26,346 nucleotides of DNA. It comes from Candidatus Micrarchaeota archaeon. GTDB taxonomy: Archaea > Micrarchaeota > Micrarchaeia > Norongarragalinales > SBBD01. Within the stretch, counting starts at the first letter, position 1. Each line of letters begins with the position of its first letter. Made by a program: the position numbers and the translations under genes. Below the pieces are notes generated by a model. It was not told where the DNA came from, searched no databases, and saw only the letters and a program-made list of their open reading frames with translations. Location of the stretch: NCBI GenBank assembly GCA_043813365.1, contig JBDRLB010000059.1:1-26346 (forward strand). The letters are read 5' to 3'. Shown here piece after piece: positions 16,114 to 24,892 of this stretch.

Positions 16114-17496
16114 TTAAAGCTTGTGCTTCAAACGCTTCATGGCGCCCTTGGCACCCTTTTCAGTTACCATGAGGGCCTCGTGCGCATAGAATCCCACCCT
16201 CCTTGCAGGAATAAGGAATGCGAAGTGGAGCAGTGCGTTCCCCTTGTAAAGCTGGACATCCTTGAATTCCCTTATCAAAGGAAGGAATGCGAACCCAGCA
16301 AGCAGTCTGAATCCTCCCGAAAGCAGGAATACGAGGGGGATGCCGGAGAAATTCAGGAGGGAGCCGTTCTCAACAAAATACGCGCCAACAATTGCGCCGA
16401 GGAACACCGCGATGCCCTGGGCGAAATTGAAATTCGCGGTGTATTGGGCGGTCTTGTTCTTCAGGGAACCATAGCCGATCGTGTAATTGAAAAGCGCAAG
16501 GTTCAGCCCGCCCCACGCAAAGCCGGAAAAAATCTCAAAAATCAGGATCATGTACGCGCTCTTCGATGTCAGCCAGAGGAAAGGCACGAACGGCACCAGC
16601 AGGCCGCAAACCGAAAGAACGAGCTTGTTTCCGAACTGGTCGATCACCTTCCCCCAATATTTGCTGGAGAGAAGCATAGCAAGCGCGAAGAACGCCTCTA
16701 TAACGGCAAATTGCTCGTAGGTGAAATGCAAATTCCTTATCATGTGCACGGAAAAATAGAAGCCAGCGATCGCAGTGGAGAACATCAGCAGCGAGTAATA
16801 AAGCAGGAAGATGCCGAAGTCGTTGTACTTGATTTCCTTCAGGAAGCCGAAGAGGCCAAGCGAATATTCGTGCGATTTCTGGGGAGGCTCGTCAATTTTC
16901 GATAGGGAGGCGAAGGAAAGCATCCTGAAAATTGAAGCAAATGCGAAGAGGACCGCGAACGCGAGGAAAACATTCGTGCCAAAAAAGTTCAATATCACGC
17001 CGCCGAGCACGATGGAAACGATGGTGGCGCCGCCTCCCACCATGTTCCTGTAGCCGAAATACCTTCCGCGTATTTTTTCCGGGACGAGGTCGGCCATCCA
17101 GCTGGTCCAGACGGGGTTTACCAGCGGGCCCAGGATGGAATAGAGCGAAAAAACAAACAGGAGCATTATTTCGGCGTTCTCCTTGAAGACGTAGGGGACG
17201 GAAAGCAAAAGGAGCAGCGACAGTGACTGCAAGATTACGGCCGCCATTACGAATTTTTTGCGGGTGGGGAATAATTGCGAAGCCCGCAGCCCTATAGGTT
17301 GGCTGAATGCAATTAGCAGCGGAGGCAATGAACGGATAAGCCCGATGGCGGAATTCCCGACTCCCAAGGCTATTGCGAACGGATTTATGAAATAATCCGT
17401 GAAGCCCGCCATAGCATTGAAGAAAGCGCCCTCAATTGTGGAAAATTTCAGGTTCCTGCTGGTGCTCTCGTCCAGTTTAGGTTCGGAACCAGCCAT
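16114..17496 (-). CDS. MFS transporter
   Basis: About 12 TM helices, W.SWMADLVPEKIRGRYFG.R, WGKVIDQFGNK. Confidence 0.92.
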   Translation of the reverse strand: MAGSEPKLDESTSRNLKFSTIEGAFFNAMAGFTDYFINPFAIALGVGNSAIGLIRSLPPLLIAFSQPIGLRASQLFPTRKKFVMAAVILQSLSLLLLLSVPYVFKENAEIMLLFVFSLYSILGPLVNPVWTSWMADLVPEKIRGRYFGYRNMVGGGATIVSIVLGGVILNFFGTNVFLAFAVLFAFASIFRMLSFASLSKIDEPPQKSHEYSLGLFGFLKEIKYNDFGIFLLYYSLLMFSTAIAGFYFSVHMIRNLHFTYEQFAVIEAFFALAMLLSSKYWGKVIDQFGNKLVLSVCGLLVPFVPFLWLTSKSAYMILIFEIFSGFAWGGLNLALFNYTIGYGSLKNKTAQYTANFNFAQGIAVFLGAIVGAYFVENGSLLNFSGIPLVFLLSGGFRLLAGFAFLPLIREFKDVQLYKGNALLHFAFLIPARRVGFYAHEALMVTEKGAKGAMKRLKHKL

Positions 17497-17586
17497 GGCG
17501 ATCAATCTGGGGATGATTTGGGCATATTATAAGCGGGAGTGCGATTTATATTGATATTGAATCAAAAAATAATCCCTCCTTTTATT

Positions 17587-17660
17587 GGGCTCGTAGCTCA
17601 GCTTGGCAGAGCGTTCGGCTCTTAACCGAAATGTCAAGGGTTCAAATCCCTTCGAGCCCG
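17587..17660 (+). tRNA. tRNA-Lys(CUU), intronless
   Basis: GGGCTCG/CGAGCCC acceptor, TTCGG-CTCTTAA-CCGAA anticodon arm, AAGGG-TTCAAAT-CCCTT T arm. Confidence 0.97.
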
Positions 17661-17661
17661 T

Positions 17662-17700
17662 ATCGGCGACGGGGGAACCAAGGTTCCCCCTTGAACCGAT
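17662..17700. repeat. Strong palindrome directly downstream of tRNA-Lys
   Basis: GGGGGAACC-AA-GGTTCCCCC (17671-17690) within ATCGG...CCGAT. Confidence 0.6.
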
Positions 17701-17808
17701 TGTTCGTTCCCCTTCCAACTTTTATTTGCGAATTATATCTCCCTGAAAAAAGTTCTCGCTCCCCCGCAATTTGATGCGCAAATCATAATCTGCTCCTTTC
17801 GTGTGGAA

Positions 17809-19485
17809 TCACAGCTTGTGAAGGCGGGTGGTGGTGAGAAATACCAGCACGATCAGGACAAGCGCAAAAATGAACAGGTAATCGTCGGGCATTCCGGGAA
17901 TGAAGGAGCGCGGGGGTTCGGCAGTGGGTTCAATCGTGGGTTCCTCTGAAGGGATTTCCGACGGCTCGGTAGAAAGCCGGAATGGCTGGCTCACGCGCAA
18001 TGTTTGCGTTTCTATTGCAATCTCCCCCATTACTTCCCCTTCGGGATTCCCCAAACTGAAGACGAATTTTTGCTCGTCCCCAACTAAAATGGTCAGCTCC
18101 TTCTTTTGGGAAGGCACTCCCGGAGCGGAAACCGATATGGTCCCATATGAGAAAACGTTCCCGGTATTCTTCACCCTCACAATGATCGATACCCCATCCG
18201 GGGAGGAGTTGGTGCCAACTTCGGTCACCTGCAGGTCTTCCTTCTCGGAAAAGTCCCCGTTGTCAGATGCCGCAATGGTTCCTTCGGCGTTCTGCCCGAG
18301 GCTGTCCACCCTTACGGGAAATTTGTAATCGTAGCCCGATTCCAGTTTTGGGAGGACGATGCTCCATTCGGCGGTTTTTTCCTCATTCGGGCCGAGCAGC
18401 AGCAGCTTGTCCTCATTGACCCTGTTCTGGCCCTGCACTTTCACTTCCTTCGGCACCGTAAGGGAAAGCGGTATTGCAAGCTGCCTAGGGCCGTTTATGA
18501 CTTTCACCTTCACTGTTTCAAGCGATTTCTCCCCTACAACATTGCTTGGAAGTATGAGCTGCAAATCGAATAGCTTATCGAAATTGCGGACTTTGCTGAA
18601 CTCGACGTCGAACTCGCGCGAGAGCTTGATTTGGGAAACATCCGCACTATACCCCCGCACGGAAATATCTTCCTTGATGTCCCCCTGGTCCAGCCCTTCC
18701 CCGAATTTGATGTGCGTCGCATCCAGCAGGATGGCTTCGTTGAATGTGGGATCGAACGGCACCCACTTGCCATCGATTGCGGCCTCCACGAATGCATGAG
18801 CGCCCCAGTCCTCCCCGGAATAGACATATGAAGCGGAGAATTTTGCCGGGATTCCGACGGAGCGGAGCATTGCAATGAAAAGGTGGGAAAATTCGTCGCA
18901 CGTGCCGGCACGTTCCTTATAAACTACATCGGATGCCTCCACCCTGGAGGTGTAATCCCGGTCATATTGGACGTTATTGTGCACCCACTGCGCAATTGCA
19001 ACCGCCTTCCCCAGGTCATTTTGTATGCCTGCGGTTATCTGCACGGCCCGTTCCCGGATTTCAGGGGTGATTAGCACATACCTGCTCGGCTTCAGAAATT
19101 CCGCAGTTCCAGATGCAGGGGGGAATTCGAATTTGAATCGCAATTGCAATTCTGATGTTTGGGAAAACGTCAAATAGTTGGTGCCGGGCAAGTTGAAAAC
19201 GCGGATCTTGTTGCCGAATGGATCCGTTTCCAGCGATGATGATGGCGAGGAAAGCTCGCTAATGAGCAATTGCGAGGAATAGTCCCCGAATCCGAAGGTT
19301 TTCACCTCCAATTCAGAAACCTGCTGGCCCTGCAGGTCCACCCTCCATACCAAATTCACAGTTGCATCCGCCGACCCGACATATTTTGGCTCGATGCTCG
19401 GAGTGGCCGCAAAAATGGGTAAGATTAATGCAAGGAGGGCGATGAGAAGAGTGGAAGGCGAAATGCCGTGTTTTCTTTTTCCCAT
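17809..19485 (-). CDS. Surface-anchored transglutaminase-like protein with Ig-like domains
   Basis: Signal peptide; GTCDEFSHLF, HAFVE, FDPT Cys-His-Asp triad; VKNTGN CARDB-like motif; Pro/Glu/Thr linker and C-terminal TM. Confidence 0.9.
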   Translation of the reverse strand: MGKRKHGISPSTLLIALLALILPIFAATPSIEPKYVGSADATVNLVWRVDLQGQQVSELEVKTFGFGDYSSQLLISELSSPSSSLETDPFGNKIRVFNLPGTNYLTFSQTSELQLRFKFEFPPASGTAEFLKPSRYVLITPEIRERAVQITAGIQNDLGKAVAIAQWVHNNVQYDRDYTSRVEASDVVYKERAGTCDEFSHLFIAMLRSVGIPAKFSASYVYSGEDWGAHAFVEAAIDGKWVPFDPTFNEAILLDATHIKFGEGLDQGDIKEDISVRGYSADVSQIKLSREFDVEFSKVRNFDKLFDLQLILPSNVVGEKSLETVKVKVINGPRQLAIPLSLTVPKEVKVQGQNRVNEDKLLLLGPNEEKTAEWSIVLPKLESGYDYKFPVRVDSLGQNAEGTIAASDNGDFSEKEDLQVTEVGTNSSPDGVSIIVRVKNTGNVFSYGTISVSAPGVPSQKKELTILVGDEQKFVFSLGNPEGEVMGEIAIETQTLRVSQPFRLSTEPSEIPSEEPTIEPTAEPPRSFIPGMPDDYLFIFALVLIVLVFLTTTRLHKL

Positions 19486-19535
19486 GATTATGATTGGTAA
19501 ATACGGATTAAAACTTTATTGATCTGCTTAACAGA

Positions 19536-20795
19536 TTACCTTATCCAGCCGTAGGCTGCTTTTTTCCCGAGCAGCCCCTCTATTCGGAGCAAGCGGTTGT
19601 ATTTCGCGGTACGCTCACCCCTGGCTGGCGCGCCAAGCTTTATTTGCCTGCATCCGAGCCCCACTGCGAGATCTGCAATGAACGGGTCCTCGGTTTCCCC
19701 TGAGCGGTGCGAAACCATGATGCCCCATTTGCTTCGGAACGACAGGCCTGCAGCGGAAATGCTTTCTGAAAGGGTTCCGATCTGGTTGACTTTCAGGAGG
19801 AGGCAGTTGCCGCATTTTTTTCCAATTGCAGCCTGCAGCCTTATGGGGTTGGTAACAGTAAGGTCGTCAGTGACAATCTGAACCTTCCCATTGAACTTCC
19901 GGTTCAGTTCGGAAAAGCCATCCCAATCGTCCTCGGAGAACGGATCCTCAATGGACACTAACTTGTACTTTTTGGCCAAATCGGAATAGAAATCGACCAT
20001 TTCGCCCGGAGAGCGGCCTTTCCCATCAACGGAATATTTGCCATCCTTGAAAAATTCCGAGGCTGCCGCATCAATTGCCGGCAATATGCGGCGGGAATAG
20101 CCGAGTTCATCAATAGCATCGCAAATCATGTCCAATGCCCCAGCCGTATTTTCAATTGGAGGCGCAAACCCGCCCTCATCCCCAACATTCACGGAGGAGT
20201 TGCCGAATTTTTTCCTGAGGTCTGCCTTCAATGCATGGTAGGTTTCCGCCACCATGACAACCGCTTCGGAAAAGCTCCTTGCGCCAGTTGGGGCGATCAT
20301 GAACTCCTGTATCTTCAGGCTGCCGCCCGCATGCAGCCCGCCGTTGATGATGTTCGCGAAGGGGACTGGCATTGCGATTTTGCGCTTTGCAAGTTTGGAG
20401 ATATGCTGGAACAATTCCTGCCTTTGTGAATGCGCCCCCGCACGGGCGGATGCAAGCGAAACAGCAAGGATCGCATTGGCGCCTAAATTGCTTTTATTTT
20501 CCGTCCCATCCAGTTCAATCATTAATCGGTCTATTTCGCTTTGATTGGAAGGATTCCTGCCAATCAGTTTGGGTGCAATTTTATTGTTGATGTTCTTTAC
20601 TGCAGCCAAAACGCCCTTTCCCATGAATCTCCTGCCGCCATCCCTTTTCTCGAGCGCCTCGTGCGAACCGGTGCTCATCCCCGAGGGGATCATCGCACTT
20701 GCAGTGCTATTGTCTCCAAGAATGATTTCGCACTCTACTGTCGGAGTGCCCCTCGAATCGAGCATTTCCGCTGCGGCAATCCTTTTGATTTTCAT
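19536..20795 (-). CDS. eno: Enolase
   Basis: DSRG.PTVE, PSG.STG..EA.E, GDEGGFAP, LLKVNQIG, SHRSGETED, ERTAKYN. Confidence 0.98.
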   Translation of the reverse strand: MKIKRIAAAEMLDSRGTPTVECEIILGDNSTASAMIPSGMSTGSHEALEKRDGGRRFMGKGVLAAVKNINNKIAPKLIGRNPSNQSEIDRLMIELDGTENKSNLGANAILAVSLASARAGAHSQRQELFQHISKLAKRKIAMPVPFANIINGGLHAGGSLKIQEFMIAPTGARSFSEAVVMVAETYHALKADLRKKFGNSSVNVGDEGGFAPPIENTAGALDMICDAIDELGYSRRILPAIDAAASEFFKDGKYSVDGKGRSPGEMVDFYSDLAKKYKLVSIEDPFSEDDWDGFSELNRKFNGKVQIVTDDLTVTNPIRLQAAIGKKCGNCLLLKVNQIGTLSESISAAGLSFRSKWGIMVSHRSGETEDPFIADLAVGLGCRQIKLGAPARGERTAKYNRLLRIEGLLGKKAAYGWIR

Positions 20796-20806
20796 TTTAT
20801 CTACCC

Positions 20807-21424
20807 CTAAGCGGGCATCAGCCCACCGGCAAGTTTGCTTCCATCGGAAACCCAGCTCTCGATGCTCGTGTACTCATGGATGAAAGAATCAAGCAGCACA
20901 CCGAACGTATCGGGGAAAGCGTATGCAAGAAGGAGGAAAGTGATGAACCCGGATATGACGCCGTAATCGAACCAGCGCATTTCCAGCGGATCCTTTTCCC
21001 TGAAGGGGTTGATGCTCTTGTACCCCTCTTCCGCTATGCCGGTAACTTTCATGAGGTGGGCGAACCTGCTGTACCTCAGGAATACGAGTGCGAAAATGGT
21101 CGCAATGAAGATGTTGAATATTTTGATGAAGAATACGTAAAGGAAAACGGCCATTATGCCTCCTATGAAGAATGCGCCGCGGTAGATGCCCTTCAGACCT
21201 GCGACCATCGCCTTCTCCTTCGTAGTGAGCATCTGCTTCGAAAGGTGCCAGATTTCGTTCGCATCGTGGTCGGAAAAGCCCTCGCTTAAAAGGTAGTATT
21301 TGCAGATGATGTAGTCCTTGCCCTGCATGCGCATCTCCTTCACCGACTTAATCGCCTTCAGGGTCTTTTCGGAAAAGTTCTGGCTTTGCGCAACCGGGGC
21401 CTTCCCTTCCTCATTTGCTGCCAT
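20807..21424 (-). CDS. Hypothetical membrane protein (about 3 TM)
   Basis: ATG-started ORF co-oriented with eno, hydrophobic segments. Confidence 0.75.
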   Translation of the reverse strand: MAANEEGKAPVAQSQNFSEKTLKAIKSVKEMRMQGKDYIICKYYLLSEGFSDHDANEIWHLSKQMLTTKEKAMVAGLKGIYRGAFFIGGIMAVFLYVFFIKIFNIFIATIFALVFLRYSRFAHLMKVTGIAEEGYKSINPFREKDPLEMRWFDYGVISGFITFLLLAYAFPDTFGVLLDSFIHEYTSIESWVSDGSKLAGGLMPA

Positions 21425-21558
21425 ATGGAATAAAAAAACGATTTCAGGTTAAAAGCCTTTCATTATTGCCTCATGCGGCTATCCTGCCCAATCAGCCATG
21501 CGCTTCATACGAAACCACCCCCGGTTGCCGATTTAAACCTGCTTCCCCGAAACATTTC

Positions 21559-22749
21559 ATGCAAAATGATTTCTATGGGGAGCCATTGACGCAGCTTTAC
21601 CGATCCCCGAGGGAGAGGCTGCTGCAGCAGTATGTCGCCAACTCCTCTCTGAAATCGCTCAAAATAGAGATGCAGGGGCCTTCGCCGCCGAACATTTTCG
21701 TCGGAAGGGTCGGCTATCCGGAAGTGTATGTCGGGCCGCTGCTCGGGGCTGATGAGAGCATCAATGCGGAACTGTACGACGACCCCCGGAAATGGTATGG
21801 CCTGCCGCTCGAGGAGATTGTGAAATTCCGCTCGACATTAGTGAGGGGGAAGAAGCTCTCGAACATCAAGAACCGCGAGCTGTACGAGCTTCAGGATTCG
21901 GTGCTCTCCAAAAAATCAGTTGACATGGAGGTGAAGTTCCGGAAAGCGCCTTCCATGAACGTTTACTTCCATAATGTATTCCAGCCGATGGGCCCGACAG
22001 CTGAATATGAGAAGATGCGGCTTACCAGCAACCCCTCGGTCCCGAAGAAAGTGGATTCGCTTATTTACGAGGATGTTACTGCAAGGACCGCATTCTCGGA
22101 ATTGATGAGGGCCGATTTCGATGTTTATTATTTGCAGAAATTGCTTTCCGGCGGGCTGCTTGGGAGGCAGCAAAGCAAAAAGCTTGTTCCAACCAGGTGG
22201 AGCATAACTGCGGCAGATCGCATTGCAGCGGACATCCACATTGAGAAACTCAAGAATTGCAAGGAGGTGCAGGAGATCCAGCTGTACCAGAATGAATACC
22301 TCGCAAACCATTTCGAGGTGCTGCTGCTCCCGGGAAAATGGGAGTTCGAGCAGTTCGAGAATTGGGAAGCGCACGGGCATTACAGGCAGAATAAGGAATG
22401 GTTTTTGGAGCACGAGTATGAGCCATATGAAGGAAGAAGCGATTATGCGGAGAGTGAGGGCGGGGGCTATTATGCGGGGAGGTTTTCCGTTGCGGAATTC
22501 CTGGCTGAAAAATTGAGGAGGCAGGCGCGGGTCGTTGTGATAAGGGAGATAAAGAAGGAGTATGATATTCCGGTCGGGGTTTGGGAGATAAGGGAGAATG
22601 TGAAGCATGCATTCGAGAATCCGCCGGAGAAATTTTCAACTTTGGAGCAGGCGAAAACGGCCTTGCGGGAAAGGCTGCGGAACCCTCCGGAACTCTACTT
22701 TGGGAGAAGCGCCATACTCCCACAGAGGAAAATACGCGACTTCTACTAA
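21559..22749 (+). CDS. nreA: Nre-family archaeal DNA repair protein
   Basis: GPSPPNIFVGRVGYP, KLVPTRWSITA.D, GGYYA.R, PVGVWEIRE, PIP box QRKIRDFY; TTTAAA box (21533-21538) supports ATG 21559. Confidence 0.92.
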   Translation: MQNDFYGEPLTQLYRSPRERLLQQYVANSSLKSLKIEMQGPSPPNIFVGRVGYPEVYVGPLLGADESINAELYDDPRKWYGLPLEEIVKFRSTLVRGKKLSNIKNRELYELQDSVLSKKSVDMEVKFRKAPSMNVYFHNVFQPMGPTAEYEKMRLTSNPSVPKKVDSLIYEDVTARTAFSELMRADFDVYYLQKLLSGGLLGRQQSKKLVPTRWSITAADRIAADIHIEKLKNCKEVQEIQLYQNEYLANHFEVLLLPGKWEFEQFENWEAHGHYRQNKEWFLEHEYEPYEGRSDYAESEGGGYYAGRFSVAEFLAEKLRRQARVVVIREIKKEYDIPVGVWEIRENVKHAFENPPEKFSTLEQAKTALRERLRNPPELYFGRSAILPQRKIRDFY

Positions 22750-22816
22750 AACGTTCCCTCCGGGGCGTGAAAAGACTTAAAAATCTCCTTGCAGAGGTAT
22801 TTGGGGGGTTCAAATT

Positions 22817-23701
22817 ATGCGCATTCTTCCGGTTATTGCGTTGATGCTGATTCTTGGTGTTGTTTTTGCCCATGCGGATATTGCCTACGCCGACACTCCG
22901 AAAGGGCATGTGCAGGTCATCCAGCCAATCAGGGGCACCTTCGAGGAAGGGGGAACGATAGATTTCGGGGTCGTGGGCCCGGGCCAGAAAATTGAAATCG
23001 AGATTGCAAGGAGCAGCAACATTTACGATTTCAACAATGTTGAGGAGATCTGGGACAGGCTGGTGATTGAGGATGACACCCTGCCGCTGCTATGGAAGCC
23101 GGAGTATTCGCTTAAATATGAAGCGAACCCGAAAGCGTTCGTGACCGTTTACCGCGGCGCCGATGAGCAAAGCTACACTTTCCAGATGCACACGCAAAGG
23201 GATTACGGAATTGCCGCAAATTACCCGGTGAAATTCGATGCAAAAGTGCTTGTTTCAAAATATGTCGTGGGGCTGAAGGTTTTAAGCAAGGAAGTCAGTT
23301 CAGGGACCGGGCAGCCGGCTGTTTTCACGCTCGGGATAACGAACAAGGGAGCTGCGAACGATGCGTTCGAAATAGAAGTTGTTTCCGGATTGCCGGAAAG
23401 ATGGTCATACAAGAAGCAGGTTTATGTGCCGCATAATTCCGCAAAGGAAGTGAGGTACGAAGTGATCGCCTCAGAGCAAGTTGACAGCGAGATAACATTC
23501 AGGGTCACATCGCTTTCCTCCATTTCATCCGGTGCCTCCGAGGAGAAGAAAATATTCGCGGAGGACACTGCGACCCTACACACGAGGAGCGGGCTTTTGC
23601 AGGACATGAAATCAGTCGGAAGCGGAGTGATCCTTTTCCCGTACATCGAACAGGCAGTGTATTACCTGCTGGGATTCGTCGCCAACAACCTGATGGGCTG
23701 A
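22817..23701 (+). CDS. Secreted/surface hypothetical protein with Ig-like C-terminal domain
   Basis: Signal peptide MRILPVIALMLILGVVFA, beta-rich, ITNKG..ND.F motif, hydrophobic C-terminus. Confidence 0.8.
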   Translation: MRILPVIALMLILGVVFAHADIAYADTPKGHVQVIQPIRGTFEEGGTIDFGVVGPGQKIEIEIARSSNIYDFNNVEEIWDRLVIEDDTLPLLWKPEYSLKYEANPKAFVTVYRGADEQSYTFQMHTQRDYGIAANYPVKFDAKVLVSKYVVGLKVLSKEVSSGTGQPAVFTLGITNKGAANDAFEIEVVSGLPERWSYKKQVYVPHNSAKEVRYEVIASEQVDSEITFRVTSLSSISSGASEEKKIFAEDTATLHTRSGLLQDMKSVGSGVILFPYIEQAVYYLLGFVANNLMG

Positions 23702-23742
23702 TTTTAGAATAGCGGATACTGGCCATGGCGTGGTTTAATCGT

Positions 23743-24876
23743 TCAGCCAAGCAGCTTCCTGATTTCCCTCATTTTTGCATCCGTCCGGAATCCGGTTGGG
23801 CAGAAGTGCGTTTTTGAGGCTGCAAAGCCCTTCCTTTTCAGCAATGAAACAACATCCTCCGTTTTTGCCGCAATTGTTTTGGTTTTCTTCCCCAAAAAAT
23901 GTATGTCATAGAATGGAACGGGAATCTCATTTTCCGAGAGCAGCAGTTGCAGCATTTTCCCTACTTCAGCAGTGTCCTCAAGCGCCATTTCCAAATTCGC
24001 GTTTATCATTTCCTTAATTACGCGCTCCTCCTGCAATTTTCCAATCCAGAGCGGACCGGCGTAATCCAGTTGGTTGCCGCAATTATCGCATTTCTCAAAC
24101 GGCCTTTTTCCTGTTTTCCGGAAGAGGCATTTATTGCAGTGGCTGATGAAGCCGATATTCCGCAAAGTTGAATCCGCCTTCTCCGCATTCTTTTCGCAGA
24201 ATACGATTGCTTTGATCGAATGCCCTTTGTAGAAGGAGATGATAGGTGTTGCACCGAAATCCTGCTGCACCAGATCAGCTGCAATTTTGCCAACAAGAAT
24301 GCGCAATGCTACCTCATGCGAATACTCGCACCTCAATGGCCTTGCAGCGTAGTGCTTCAAAGTGGGATCGTTCCTTCCGCCTGCTAAATTCGCGAGATCG
24401 GTTCCCGTAATTGACAATATTGCCTTCTTCCTAAGCCTCCTTATCGCATTCTGGAGGTAGAAAACCGGCGTGCCGAAAGGGTCGATTTCAATGAAATCGA
24501 AATGGTCCTTTGAGTTCACGAAGAATTTGTTGAGATCGTCCCCGACAATCACAGAATTTTTCAATTTATTCAATTTAACGTTTTTCCTCAGCACTTTGAT
24601 CGCATCGGGGTTGGCATCAACGAATATCACTTTTTTTACACGGTTCTCCTTCGCATACCTGATTCCCCTTGCTCCCAGAGCGCACATCCCATCAACAATT
24701 ACGGAATCTTCCAGAAAATCGAGGCAGCAGCGCAGTGCTACGGATGAAACGCTCCGGTTGAACTCCATTGCCGGATTGTAGAATACGGGCAAATGGAACG
24801 GATCCTTGTAGGCACCCTCCGGAACCAGCAGTTTCGCGTTCCCTTCCTTAATTTGGATGAATTTGGTTTTTTGCAT
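23743..24876 (-). CDS. trm1: tRNA (guanine26-N2)-dimethyltransferase Trm1
   Basis: VFYNP.MEFNR, G.RGIRY..E, IDPFGTP, TD, CxxC..CxxC, GPLWIG, THF. Confidence 0.96.
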   Translation of the reverse strand: MQKTKFIQIKEGNAKLLVPEGAYKDPFHLPVFYNPAMEFNRSVSSVALRCCLDFLEDSVIVDGMCALGARGIRYAKENRVKKVIFVDANPDAIKVLRKNVKLNKLKNSVIVGDDLNKFFVNSKDHFDFIEIDPFGTPVFYLQNAIRRLRKKAILSITGTDLANLAGGRNDPTLKHYAARPLRCEYSHEVALRILVGKIAADLVQQDFGATPIISFYKGHSIKAIVFCEKNAEKADSTLRNIGFISHCNKCLFRKTGKRPFEKCDNCGNQLDYAGPLWIGKLQEERVIKEMINANLEMALEDTAEVGKMLQLLLSENEIPVPFYDIHFLGKKTKTIAAKTEDVVSLLKRKGFAASKTHFCPTGFRTDAKMREIRKLLG

Positions 24877-24892
24877 AATTATCAGAAAAAAA

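Noticed and set aside
21415..21558. TTG-started extension of Nre
   Set aside because: Overlaps the divergent gene start and promoter region; TATA box supports ATG 21559
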